A stretch of 64,000 bases of DNA, taken from the human T2T-CHM13v2.0 reference genome, Homo sapiens. Below are positions 39,604 to 54,474 of this stretch, piece by piece. The stretch is taken from the NCBI RefSeq assembly GCF_009914755.1, contig NC_060936.1; one strand, written 5' to 3'. A program made the translations under genes and the position numbers. Position 1 is the first letter of the stretch. Each line of letters opens with the position of its first letter. A model generated the notes under the pieces. The model searched no databases and had not been told where the DNA came from. It saw only the letters and a program-made list of their open reading frames with translations.

Positions 39604-41891
39604 TGGTGCAGGAGGGAGCGGCGGGGGAGGAGGGGGTGGCCAGGCGCGCGGGGAGGTGACTCCGTCAGTCACAGCTGCTGTTTCGGCGCGGGGCCGGGCC
39701 GCTGCCGCGACGTGTGGAGGCAGGAGAGCGATGATTGCCGCAGGAGAAGTGCGGGCGCCCTTCACCTGGGGCCCCTCCCGAACCGCCCCCGGGCCCATGC
39801 CCCTCCAGGGCCCAGGAGCGAGCCAGCGGGAGGGCGAGGGCGAGCGCTCCTGGCGAGGACAGATTAAGGCGAACCCCCAGTCAGCGGACATTTGAGCGGC
39901 TCCTCGCCGCGTCTCTGCCCCCACTCCAAACCGGACTCGACGCCTGTCCCGGGCCGTGACGCACGCACCGGAGGAAAAAGTGCTTCTCGGCTCGCTCCCT
40001 CTTTGGGGAAGAGAGCTCACTCCCCATGCGGGCGCGGGACACTCCATCTCTGTTCCTGCCGGTCGGGTCCGCAAACACCGGGGATCCCAGCTGCGGCGCC
40101 CAAAGGGTTAACGCAGGCGTTCGGCCAGTGCAAACCGGCCTCGCAGGATCCGCGCTTAAAATCCGGGTGTTTTCATTTTGGGTTTGTTTCTTCTACTATG
40201 CCAAGCTGGTGGCTCTCTTTTAATTCTCTTGTAACATCTCAACCCTGCACCCATCTTTCCTGAGGGGAAAAGGAAACGGGATAACTTGCGGTATTTCGAT
40301 GCTCAAAGGTAACCGGCGGCTCTGCTCCAACCTTCAAGAGATTTTGCAAGTTGAAAAAAAAAAAAAACCATCCTTCGTAACATCTACTTAAAAAAAAAAA
40401 AGCAAGTTTTCCTTCTTGTACACGCATATACACAGTAAAGATGTGTATCTTACCTAAGATACCGCGCTTCATCTTCATCTAATCTTTATTTGAACTCACC
40501 GTCGCCACTGGCCCAGAGACCTTGTCAGTGTTATTTTCAGTATCAGTTAATCAGAACAAAAAGATAAGTTCTGCAATCTTCTTTCTCTTAATTCCAGAAC
40601 TGGAAAATTAATATTTATATAGCCTCCTCAAAAGCATACAGGCAATAGGAAGTATGGTATTATGTTCACGATCTGATGATAGCATTTGTTTTAAAATATT
40701 TTAAAAGATTAGACACAAAATGTGTAAAAGACGTTTAAAAGTGAATAAATATAAATCAATGCTGTTGCAAATAATTTTTTTATCAGTTTATGTATCTCAC
40801 TAGGCTTGACATTACCAGCCTTCTGAGCTGTGCCCTTGATGTGTAAGATAAACGAACATTGAACAGAATGATAGCATTTTTCCTCTCTTCAGTCACTGAT
40901 GGAGAATTGGTTAATGTGGTACAATAAATAGCCCTTCCTGACACTATTTCAAATCTTTTTAACAGAAGAATAACCTAAATTTCACCTAATAAATTTCAAT
41001 ATTATTTCCCCCTAAAATATCTTTCAAAACGACTCAGAGACATTTAAGAATCACTGGCTTTTTTCCAACTTTTCCTCCAAGGAAGTTACAATACAATGTT
41101 GAATTATGTATTCTACTTTAATCAAGAATTTGACATTAAAGTAATATGTGAATCATTGCTATAGTACACTAGCAAAATGGGTAATAAACTAGAATCTGTT
41201 CACTTTGTGGGTTTGTTCCAGTTCCAGATTATAAAATGAATGCTCTTAAAGTGTTGTGGTCATGAAACAATTATTGAGCATCTTTATTTAAGAACACGAT
41301 TCAATTAAATTTTCATTTATATCGATAAATCTATAAATGAAACATACGGAATATATATATTCATGTATATCCATAAATGAAAACGTGTGTGTGTGTGTAT
41401 CCCGGAACATATTTGTATGCATTTTAATGAAATGTGAGTCATATGCAATGACAAACTTTTACTGTCATAGTCAAGAAAATTGTACTGTAGTTTGGTTTTT
41501 ATATTTTTATTCTTCAAATAGGAAATAAAGGGTGAAAGCAATATAGAAATAACTGTTCACATTACATTAAGAAATTCAATTTTTTTCTCCCACAGGCTTA
41601 GTACTAAAGCATCCCTCACACATATTTTTCAATGTAAAAATCAAGAAAATATTGCATTGCTTACTGTTTCCTTGAAAAAAAATTGAACTATCTGAAATCA
41701 AAGATGCCACTGTATGTAACAGTATTCTCTTAATCTTAGACCTAACTTATCCCATGTGTTTAACTGATCTAGAGATGTATCTTTGCATAAGGAACAATAT
41801 AATAATACAATTTACTGGGGAAATAATATTTTAAAGTTCTTTTAATATGCATTTTAGCTACAATGCAAAACTTATAAAAGTATTTAAATCC

Positions 41892-42206
<315 letters not shown>

Positions 42207-43199
42207 TTAAACCCCATGACAAGTTACCATATGAGATGTTAACATTGAAGAGTGGCTGCAGATTCAAAATAATATATTTGGTATTTTTAAGGTATGCTCT
42301 TTTTCATAGAGTAAATCTAAACAACTGAGATATTTGCTGAAAAGTTGATCGATTCAAGAGATATAACACATGAAGACAGTTTTCTAAAATCCTCAATGTA
42401 ATTAAGTGTAAAGAGAAACAAAGAACTTTATTCTGTCACATGCATCTAGCAATAGGACAAAATAAAGACATATCAACTGCAGTGTATTTTAAAAAACATA
42501 TTCTTTCCCCGTAAACACATTTTACATATGTGAATGCATCAGTCCTGATCATTACAGAATCCTAAAGAGGACTGATAAGTACAGGGAGGCAGAGAAGGAG
42601 GATATTAAATTCTTAATTTAAAATAGCTGTATATGTTCTCAAATTTCTATTAACCTGAATCACCAGAGAGAAGTGTCAAGAGAAAGATTACTTAGCTGAA
42701 ACCCACAGAGAACTGTTATCTATTAGTAACAAATTACATTTGCTGAATTAAATGGAGTATAATTATATGTAAGCCTAAAATAAGAATTTTCAAGTCACAT
42801 AATGGAAAATTTTTATAGGTGAAAAATGCAAAATCGTTAGATGTCATTTGACAGGAATTATTAGTGCCTACATACAATGTGCTCTTCTAGGTATAACACA
42901 TTTTTTTTAACCCCAAATGTTCTAACCCACATAGTATGGTCCTAAATCTAAATTCCAGAGAAGCGAAAAAGACGTAGCTCATACCTAAATGTTGAGGAAG
43001 TTTTTCTAAGGAGGATTTGGACTTGATTTGTGCTGAAAGAGATATAGGATTTAAATTAATGGAAAAGATCCGCAGTAGTAATGCCAGGAAACGTACCTGG
43101 GAACTAATAAGTTTACCACATTTATTTTTCTATCCTTTAATATTCAAGAAACGTGTTCACTACCTTTGATATCCCTCACTTCCCGAAGTGGAACTCGTA

Positions 43200-43355
43200 A
43201 TTTTCTCACTAATAATGGTGAGTTATGATGTTTCATAATCATCAATAATGGTGAGTTATGACACAGGGTGATGAGGTTTGGGTGAGATATGTATATAAAG
43301 TTCTTAACATAGTGCTTGATGTATAGTATATGTTCAATAAATGTCATAATTATCA
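43200..43355 (+). mobile_element. MIR fragment
   Basis: acagggtgatgagg...gagatatgtatataaagttcttaacatagtgc...ttcaataaatg. Confidence 0.6.
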
Positions 43356-43426
43356 TTCATAAACATTCTCTATTACCAAGAAGATATACCAACAGCAGCA
43401 AATGTTACTCATTTTTACTTGTTTGA

Positions 43427-45850
43427 TGTATTAAGCCATTCTTGTGTTGCTATAAGGAAGTTTCTGAGGCTGGATAATTTAAAAAGAAAAGAGATTTAAT
43501 TGGCTGACAGTTCTGCAGCGTGTACAAGCATGGCACTGGAATATGCTCAGCTTCTGGGGAGGCCTCAGGGAGCTTTTACTCATGGTGGAAGGTGAAGCAG
43601 GAGCAAGCACATCACATGGCCAGAGCAGGAGGAAGGAGAGAGGTGCTACACACCTTTAAACAACCAGATCTCTTGAGTACACACTATTGGGAGGACAGCA
43701 CCAACCTATGAGGGACCTGCCCCTATGATCCAATCACGTTCCACAGGCCCCACCCCCAACACTGGAGATTACAATTCAACATGAGATTTTGAGGGGACAG
43801 TATTCAAACTATATCATTCCACCCTGACCCTTCAAATCTCATGGTCTTCTGGCACTGCAAAATATATTCATCTGTTGCCAATAGTCCACCAAAGTCTTAA
43901 CTCATTCCAGCATGAACTCAATTAAAAGTCCCAAGTCCAAAAGCTCATCTGGAGATGAGTTCCTTCCACCTATAAGCCTGTAAAATCAAAGGAAGTTATT
44001 TTCTTTCAAGATACAGTGGGGCTATAGGCATTGGGTAAACACTCCCATTTGTAAAGGGAGAAACCAGCCGTAAGAATGGGGCTACAGGACCCACACAATG
44101 AAATCTAACAGGGCAGTCATTAAATCTTAAAGCTTCAAAACAATTCCTTTGATTCCATGTCCTGCATTTAGGGCATACTGGCACAAGGGTTGGGCTCTCA
44201 AAGCACTGGGCAACTCCACCCCTGTGGCTTTGCAGGATTCAGCCACCATGGCTGTTCTCACGAGTTGGAATTGAGTGCTTGTGACTTTTCCAGGTGCAGG
44301 GTGCAAGCTGACAGTGGATCTACCATTCTGGGGTCTGGAGGATGATGGCCACCTTCCCATAGCTATACTAGGTAGTTCCCCAGTGGGTATTCTGTGTAAG
44401 GAGTCAGATCCCACATTTCCCCTTGGCACTGCCCTAGTAGAAGTTCTCTTTGAGGGCTCCGCCCCTGTGTCAGGCTTCTTCCTGGGCATGCAAGCTTTCT
44501 CATACATCCTCTAAAATCTAGGTGGAGGCTGCCAAGCCTCCTTCACTCTTTCACTCTGTGTACCAACAGGCTTAACACCACATGGAAGCTGCTAAGCCTT
44601 ATGGTGGAAGGCTTACACCCTTTGAAGCAGTGGTCTGAGCTCTATCTGGGTCCCTTTGAGCCAAGGCTGGAGCTGGAGCAACCAGGATGCAGGGAGCAGT
44701 GTTCCAAGGCTGCACAACGCAGCAAAGTCCTGGATCTCGCCCATAAAACCATTCTTTCTTCCTAGACCTCTGGGCCTGTGATGGGAGGGGTTCCCTCGAA
44801 GATCTTTGAAATGCCTTTGAGGCCTTTTTCCAGTTGTCTTGGCTATTAGCACTTGGCTCCCTTTTAGTCATGCTAATAACTCTAGCAAGTGGTTGCTCCC
44901 CAGCCTCCTTGAATTCCTCTCCTGATAATGCTTTTTCTTTGCCACATAGCTAGGCTGCAAATTTTCTAAACTTTTATGCTCTGCTTCCCCTTTCAATATA
45001 ACTTCCAACTTTAAGTCATTTATTTGCTCTTACACCCAAGGATAGGCTGTTAGAAGCAACCAAGTAATTTCTTGAATGCTTTGCTGCTTAGAAATTTCTT
45101 CCACCAAATACCCTAAGTCATTACTTTTTAGTTCAAACTTCCACATACTAGGACATGAACAGAATTCAGCCAAGTTCTTTGCTAAGGCATAATATGGATG
45201 ACCTTTGCTCCATTTCCCGATAAATTCTCATTTGCATCTGAGACCTAGTCAGCCTGCACTTCACTGTTCATATCACTGTCAGAATCATAACCATTTAACC
45301 AGTCTCTAAGAAGTTCCAAACTTTCCCTCATCTTCCTATCTTCTTCTGAGCTCTCCAAACTCTTCCAACCTCTGCCTATTACACTATTCCAAAGCTGCTT
45401 CCACATTTTCAGGTATCTCTATAACAATGCCCTACCTCTCAGTACCAATTTTCTGTGTTAGCTTGTTCTTGCTTTGCTTTGAAGGCATACCAAAGACTGG
45501 GTAATTTATAAAGAAAAGAGGTTTAATTGGCTCACAAGTCTGCAGGCTGTACAGGAAGTATAGCACCAGTATCTGCTCAGCTTCTGGGGAGGCCTCAGGG
45601 AGCTTTTATTCATGGCAGAAGGTGAGGCAGGAGCAGATATGTCATATGACAAGAGCAGGAGTGAGAAGCAGAGGAGGTGTCACACACATTTAAACAACCA
45701 GATCTCATGAGTATTTACTACTGCAAGGACAGCACCAAGCCATGAAGATCTGCCCCCATGACCCAATTACTTCCCACCAGGCTGCAACTCCAATGTCAGG
45801 AATTACAATTCAACATGAGACTTGGAGGGGACAACATGCAAACTGTGTCA
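43427..45850 (-). mobile_element. Complete MaLR retroelement, MSTB-like: LTR 43427-43816, internal 43817-45453, LTR 45454-45850
   Basis: Two homologous ~390 bp TG...CA LTRs flanking ~1.6 kb MaLR-int; 5-bp TSD tttga/tttgg. Confidence 0.9.
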
Positions 45851-46289
45851 TTTGGTCAAGTACACTATTATCTTAAAATTATTATTATTTTTTGCATACT
45901 GTGAGACAGACATTATTTGTGATACTTTTAAAGTGCACCAAATTTAGTCACTAATCATCACTTAATTTGACTAAATAAAGTCTAAGCCTCTTCCTAGCAA
46001 ATAAAATCTTAATCTGAATCAGTAAGACATGCTTTTGGCTACAAGTAACCAAGAGCTAAACTAGTAGTGGCTTTAATGAATAGCAGTTTATTATTCTTAA
46101 AATTATGGTATGGTTGATTCAGCTGTTAAACATAGCCATCGAAGATCCAGGCTCAACCATCCCTATTATATGATATCAATAAGAATATCAGCAGGATTTT
46201 CTCACATTTGTGGTTTTCTAATGCTTATACTTTTATATAATTTTTCATTGTTGCCCATTTTTCTTCAAAACTCCACTTTTAAGGGTACA

Positions 46290-46422
46290 CAAAAGAATCA
46301 CCTTTATGAGTTTACTGATGCAGATTCCTGGGTCCCACTCCCAGAGCTTCTGATGGAGTCTGGACTAGAGCCAGCAGATCTGCATTTTTGACAGTCCCTT
46401 TAGCTGATTCTGATGCACCACA
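46290..46422. mobile_element. MER5-type fragment
   Basis: atgcagattcctgggtcccactcccag...atctgcatttttgacag...gattctgatgca. Confidence 0.7.
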
Positions 46423-46547
46423 TTGTCTGTATCCCTCCTCTGTTATAAGGTAGGAAAACGAAATGTCTTTTTAGGAGGCATTGGCAATAAGAGGATGGTT
46501 TATCTATTCATTTATACAAAGAAACTTATTAATCACTTATTACATGC

Positions 46548-46925
46548 TGATATGGTTTGGCTGTGTCCCCACCCAAATCTCATCTTGAATTGTAGTTTCC
46601 ATAATCCCCACGTGTTGTGGGAGGGACCTGGTGGGAGGTAATTGAATCATGGGGGCAGTTTCCCCTATGCTATTCTCTTGATAGTGAGTAAGTTTTCATG
46701 AGAGCTGATGGTTTTATAAGGGGCTTCCCACTTTGCTCGGTTCTCATTTTTCTCTACCTGCCACCATGCGAAGAAGGACATGTTTGCTTCCCTTTCTGCC
46801 ATGATCATAAGTATCCTGAAGCCTTCCCAACCATGCTGAACGGTGAGTCAATTAGATCTCTTTTCTTTATAAATTACCCAGTCTCGTGTATATCTTTATT
46901 AGCAGCGTGACAATGGACTAATACA
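46548..46925 (+). mobile_element. THE1 (C/D-like) solo LTR
   Basis: tgatatggtttggctgtgtccccacccaaatctc...ggactaataca; perfect TSD catgc. Confidence 0.93.
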
Positions 46926-47714
46926 CATGCCATGCCTAACTGAAACTGGCATATAATGGGCACTTGAAATAAAGATTTGTCCCAAATGAATGAACAAACA
47001 AATGAACTATCAGCTCCCTGATGATGAATTCTAAATTTACACCCACAGCCTTGTTCCTTTATTCTGATGACCTGACAAACTTCTTACAGGGTCAATTCTT
47101 TTTGTCTTTCAGATAGGAAAAATGGAATGAAGCCAATTCACCAATCATCAAAAGAAAGTCACTGAAAACCAATTTGTTGACCTATGTATTGTTGGTGTCA
47201 GAGGAAAAGGGGTCAAGGGAGGAAAGCTGAAAAGTGCTGGTGAGTGAGTGGAGAGTTAAAAGGAAGGTAAGATCTAGAACATATAGAAAGAATTCACCAT
47301 GAATAGAAAAGGGAACATCTCTTTCTCTGAGGCAGAAAAAAGGCAAAAAAAAAAAATGTGAAGAAAGAGTAAAATTTGAAGTTTCAGGAGTGGATGACAT
47401 AGGCACATAAATGTCAGTCTTAATATTCCTTATATAATTGTTGCCTATGATCATTAGCCAGAATTGAATGAGGCTAAGGACTGAAATGGGCAGATTAAAG
47501 AAACTGAAGGACGAGCAAAGGATAAAGAAAATGTTACCCAAGGCCCAGGTAAATAAATAGAGTACAATTTTATAGCAATATAGGTTTACATGATATTCTC
47601 TGGTGGCTCAAACTTGGGGCTCCCATTATAGTTACAGCTATTAAGAGTTCAGGATATTCTGGTGCAGAGGGATGGAGTTGGGCACTGATTACCAGGCTGT
47701 ATTACCAGACTGCT

Positions 47715-48096
47715 TATGAAGTCTTCTCAGGCTTCCGTAATAAAATACCATAGACTTGGTGGCTAAAACAACAGGCATTTATTTTCTCACAGTTCTGGAG
47801 GCCAGATGTCCAAGATTATGGTATCATCAGCATTGCTTTCTGGTGAGGTCTCTTTACCTGGCTTACAAATGGCTACCTTCTGCCCTGTCCTCACATGGCC
47901 TTTCCTTGGTGCAAGTGCATGGAGAGGTATCTCTTCCTCTTCTTATAAAGACACCAGTTCTTTCAGATTAAAGACCCACTCTTGTGATGTCATTTAACCT
48001 TAATTACTGCCCTAAAGGCCCTATCTCCAAACAGTCACTTTGGAGATTAGGGCTTCAACATACACATTTTTGGAGGACAAAATTCAGTTCATAATG
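47715..48096 (-). mobile_element. MLT1 (A/B-like) solo LTR
   Basis: aaaataccatagacttggtggct...atttattttctcacagttctggagg...aattcagttcata. Confidence 0.85.
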
Positions 48097-48468
48097 CAGA
48101 CTCATTTGGTTAGCATTTTTCAAAATTCACATAACAAGGTCCTTCAGATCCACTGGATTAGATTTCCTGTATTATGCAACCCCACTCCTCAAATGTTTGT
48201 TTATGTATATATACGTGTGGTGTTATGTATGAATGCTGGGACAAATATATGAAACAATGTTAATATACAACTGAGTACAAAAACAGAAGAAATATGCAGT
48301 GCTAGAAATAGAGAACTCAAAGGTAGAGTGAGTACACAATAAGCAGATATTAAGCCCAGGGGATTACCATACTCAGAAATAAGTCAGATATGTGTAACCA
48401 TGGAGTTTTAAAGGTAGGAGATGTGGCTGGATCTGAGTGAGGCAAGGAGCTGAAACTGAACCCTTATG

Positions 48469-48829
48469 TGCTATGGTCTGAATATTTATGTTGTCCCAAA
48501 ATTCACATGTTGAAATCCTGACCACTAAGGTGATAGGATGAGGAGGTGGAACCTTTTAGGAGATAAGGCAGAGCTCACACAAATGGAATTAGTACCCTTT
48601 TAAAATATAGTAGACCCAGGGAAATTATTCTGCCCCTTCTACCATGTAAGGACACAGCTATAAGGCACTATCTATGATACCTGGAAGTGAGACCTCACCA
48701 GACACCAAAACTGCCTCCACCTGGATCTTTCACTTCCCAGCCTCCAGAACTGTGAGAAGTAAGTTTCTATTGTTTATGAGCTACCCAGTCTATGGTACTT
48801 TGTTGTAGGAGCCCAAATGGACCATGACA
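48469..48829 (+). mobile_element. MLT1A-like solo LTR
   Basis: tgctatggtctgaat...ccagcctccagaactgtgaga...ccagtctatggtactttgtt. Confidence 0.85.
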
Positions 48830-49170
48830 CCACATAAAGCCAGAATCCTGCTTTATAGCCAGTGGTATGCTGGTACTACTTCCTACCAACTTACCTAGCT
48901 CAGGAAGTGTCACAAAAGCATCAGGGAATCTCATCTTCTTCCCAAGACTTTGGGAAAGAGGTACCAAAAACAAAAGACATAAAATAAATCTACCCTAGTC
49001 ACATCACTGAGAAACTTCATGACATTAAAAGACAAAGAGAAGTCTTAGCAGCAACCAGACAGGATAAAACAAACAAAAACAATTTAGCATGACAGCCACC
49101 TTTGTATTGGCAATTGTAGATAGGCCAAGAGAAAAAGGAATAACATCTTTAAAGTTCTTAGGGAAATAAC

Positions 49171-49539
49171 TGATATGGTTTGGCTGTGTCCCCACCCAAA
49201 TCTCATCTTGCATTGTAACTCCCGCAATTCCCACATGTCCTGGGAGGAACCCTGTAGGAGGTAATTGAATCATGGGGGCAGGTCTTTCCTGTACTGTTGT
49301 TGTGATAGTGAATGGGTCTCATGAGATCTGATGGTTTTAAAAAACGGCAGTTTCTCTGCAAAGGCCCTCTCTTTCAGTGCCGCCATCCACATAAGATTAA
49401 CTTGCTCCTCCTTGCCTTCCACCATGATTGTGAGGCCTCCCCAGCCATGTGGAACTGTAAGTCCAATAAACCTCTTTGTGTTGTAAATTGCCCAGTCTTG
49501 GGTATGTCTTTATCAGCAGCGTGAAAATGGACTAATACA
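49171..49539 (+). mobile_element. THE1B solo LTR
   Basis: THE1 termini; perfect TSD ataac; appears to sit in an L1 ORF1 relic. Confidence 0.93.
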
Positions 49540-49655
49540 ATAACTCTCCCAGAATGTATACTGAGGTAAAATATCATAGGAGTGAAGATGAATGTAACGT
49601 TTTCAGAAAAACACTAGGAACATACTTCTCACAAACCAAAAGAGCAGAGTTCCCA

Positions 49656-49951
<296 letters not shown>

Positions 49952-50379
49952 TCACTCCTTTCATAAACATTTGAAGTTTCTGCGTACCCTGTTGGATGTC
50001 TGCATAGGCACAGATGTGTTGACATATCTGTTTTTAACTTAGGAGAGTAAAGAGAAATGGAGAGGGGAGCCAGAGTGAGAGGAAGAGTGGAAGGAGAGTC
50101 ATCTTTTTGTCCCCACCATGTGGCTTGGCATAGATGCTTAAGTTTCCTTGTAAGACAGCTTGGAATGAAGCTGCCAGCCAGGTGAGAGCACCTATCAGGA
50201 GACTACAGGGTGCAGCTCCAGAGAAGAGAGTTACAATGAGGAACAAGAGGTTGGTAAGAAGCCTATCTCATATGATAGGAGACAGCAGTACAAGGCCTTG
50301 CTGAGCTCTTCCAGAAACTCCCACATAGACCCACTAAAAAGTCAGTGTTTGGTTGCCTGCCACATTAAAAGTATTGACA

Positions 50380-50876
<497 letters not shown>

Positions 50877-52265
50877 TCAGATAGAGATTTAAGATTTTAA
50901 CAGTAGTAGATTAAAATTTCATTGATAGGCAGTAGAAGGCTTTGCTGGCCTCATCTAAAAACTCCCAGAAGAGTTCAAAGGTCCCAGAAAGTTAAAGGCT
51001 CTGCTTCAGATGTTGTTGAGGAACAGGTGTGGAGTATTCATTGGCTCATGGTTGAAATCAGTTGTTCAAGAAAAATACCTCATTGAGCTGAGCTTGAGGC
51101 CCTAACCAAATAGGTAGGCAAATGAAATCAGAGTAGGAATAAACACGAGTGAATTGGAAGACATGAAGCAGTTACAGATCACAGATACACGAAACACAGC
51201 TTAGGTAGCTTTCCAGAAAGAGGGCTGATGTGACAGGTAAGGACGTACTTGAGGTAGAGACAGGGCGGGAGAATCAATTTTAAAATTTTATATATAAAAC
51301 TGCTGAATGATTAACACCATGAAAACCTGGCAATGAGCTATGTCTGGTCAGATGCACCTTCCTATTTCTACTCTCAAGACCTACAAATGCTGATTTCTTC
51401 ATGACATTTCTTTATGGTAATGATGGAGAAACTTCTGGAGACAGCTTGTCACAGAATTAAGTTGTCCAACTTACTCTCCCCATCGGGCTATTGTGAATTT
51501 CCTGGTTCCCGACCACCTGCCGGGTTCTGACCATTTACTTCCTTTCCTCTTTTGGAGCCGGTATCCTCCAGGTCCACATTGTTTGCCCTGAACTCCAATA
51601 ACTACCTTCTTATTCTTCTTGCTTGCCCAATTGCTGGCCCAATGATTAGACTTACTTCTCATATCTATTTATACTCACTTCTGCTTACTTGTTGCTTAGT
51701 TTCTGACCTCACTGGCTCGTCTTGAACTTTGTTTATGCCTGTTTCTGAAAAAAGAAAAAGTCCTGATGACTGATTCCCTTACCTTGTCAAAATTCTCAAC
51801 TCTGCTGAATTTCTGGCTTTTCCAGTTCCAAATTCTAGCCAATTTGTAATGCTTGGCTATCCTTTATCACAATCACAGCATTAAGAGTTGACTGTATTTT
51901 TCTATTATCGGTTTCATTTCTTATTTTATTCAACTAATTTGTTTTTTAAAAAGTACACATTTCTCAAATGCCTTCTTTCAATGTAAGCTATAGAAAGTCA
52001 CTCTACTGTCAAACACAAAGTTTACCAAGCAAAATTGCTTTTCCCAATACAGTCTTGTTTATAGGACTCAAGAACACTTCTACCTAAATAATCTATCACA
52101 AAGAATGAAGATTTAATCATTTTGATTTGGTCATAATAAGTTCTCTTTGGGCTGTTACTGATATAAATACATAACTTCTGTATTTGTGTTAACGTTTTGG
52201 AGGGTGGCCCTAGTCTAACTAAAAATCATGTTTTTAGTTCTTTGATTTTCTTACATATATATATA

Positions 52266-52513
<248 letters not shown>

Positions 52514-53254
52514 CTATATATTGTTTTAATGCTTGCTTTGCATACATGTTTACATTTAAATTTTGCATCACTTTCCAACAGTGATATAAATTCTCATTAT
52601 CCTTAATCATTCCTTTTTGTGTCTCTAAAAATGAAGTGTTGGGCACTTAATATCCTCGTATTTTTCTTAGTTCTGTGTCTTAGACATTTCTTCCAGATTT
52701 TTAGAACCTTTTCCATTACTATTATAAATAGAAAAATACTAAGATGCCTCCCTCATTTAACTCTTTTGTTTTTAATCTCCAAGAATTCAAATGGTAAAAC
52801 TAGGTATATTATATAAATGTGTATATATTCTTTGTTTTTTTTCGCATTGGACATTTATCGTTAAGTTTTTAAATATTAGGTATAGATAATTATCTGTATG
52901 TATGTATGTGTGTTTTTTTATAATTCAAACAATACAGATATATATAGTGTAAAAAGTGAAAGATCCCTGTAATCATACCCCAGCATAACCAGGGTAAAAA
53001 GTTGTTATTTTTCCAAAGTGGTTCTTGCTGTGGGGACATACAAGGAAATAGAGGATACAGCATAGAGTGTCTGGACTTAGGGAACATATACATCTAGTGG
53101 TGCTGACAAGTGAAACAGCAAGAGAGAGAAGTCCAAAGAAAAACATAAAAATGTGACAGTGTAATACATGCTGTATCAATTCATCCTGAAGGAATTCAAG
53201 TTAATTGGAAAGAATATTATGAGAAAGATAAATCTGAAACTTAGCTTTGAGAAG

Positions 53255-53470
53255 GAGGCAACATAATGTTAGAAAGAGCCTGAGCTTTGATATAAGGATT
53301 CCAACTCCATTTCTGAAATTTATCAGCTGTGTGATCTTGGGCAAGTTCCTTAACTGCTCTGATTTTTTAGTTCCTGCCTGTATAAAATGAGGATAAACTT
53401 CTAAGGTTCTTGTGAGGTTGAAATTAATGTAGTTTTTCATGATAGATACTCAGTAAATGGGTGTTTAAAT
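53255..53470 (+). mobile_element. MIR
   Basis: agctgtgtgatcttgggcaagttccttaac...ctgtataaaatgagg. Confidence 0.8.
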
Positions 53471-54392
53471 TCATTATTTACCCACATAATCTGCCACATT
53501 TGATATTGTCTTAATATTCTCTAGTGTGTATAAAAATAATATAATGTACTGAAAAATGTAGAAAACATAGTTATAATTTATACAGCCTCAAAGGGAATTT
53601 TTATATAATTATATAGCCTCAAAGGGAATTTTTAAATTTTATCCATATTCATCATTTAAAAGGAGATTTAAAAAATTTAAAGAATTTTGAAATAGTAAAG
53701 AAATTGAGATTTAGGCTCTATCGATGTGACATATATTAGTCAAACTAAAAAGTCAGATAACGTTTTTTATCTTATAGGATCCTTCAGTGTCTAAAAGATT
53801 GCCACACTTTGTTATGTTAGGGTCAAATCAATGACTATACAGGCACGGCAAGAAAACTAACAAGTGTTTCTGAGTAATGATTATGTTCTTCCCTGAAAAC
53901 AAAGACAAGCAATTCTTTAAGAAAGCTTAAAACGGCCATTGAACTCTGAACCAAAGCCCAATAACGAATATCAAGCTACCTCCTCAACAAGAAATGTTAT
54001 CCCAGCAGTGCAGCTGTGAGCTAATTAAACAGCCCAGATCGTTGTGCTAAACTTTAGTACTGCATTTACAGAATTAATTCAGAGGACATGTTATTAAACT
54101 CTGGGGTTTATCAGAAGAAGGCAGCCTCTTTTTTTTGAGCAGCATTTAAAAAATTAACATACTGGATAAGCTGCTTATTATAGATGGAGCCTATGACATC
54201 CTTCATGTACATGCAAAAACTAAGCAATGAATTTCTAAGCAAAATAATGAAGCTATTGCACTCTGAGACCAAAATGTAAAAATAGTACTTTAGATATCCT
54301 GAGAGCACTTTCAAAAAAAATTATATTCTATATGGTTATTTCTAAAGTCCTGAAAGACATACTGATGATGACTAATATGCTAGAATCTAGCA

Positions 54393-54410
54393 TATATATA
54401 TATATATATA

Positions 54411-54462
<52 letters not shown>

Positions 54463-54474
54463 CAGAGAGAGAGA
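54393..54474. repeat. Compound (TA)n(TG)n(GA)n microsatellite
   Basis: Directly visible. Confidence 0.95.

Larger units (their letters stand above)
37420..40180. promoter_or_regulatory. CpG island promoter of a minus-strand gene (possibly bidirectional)
   Basis: Abrupt GC- and CpG-rich, repeat-free block in AT-rich surroundings; minus-strand splice donors. Confidence 0.95.

Noticed and set aside
43996-44871. ORFs inside the MST internal region
   Set aside because: Decayed MaLR-int fragments; no intact gag-like frame
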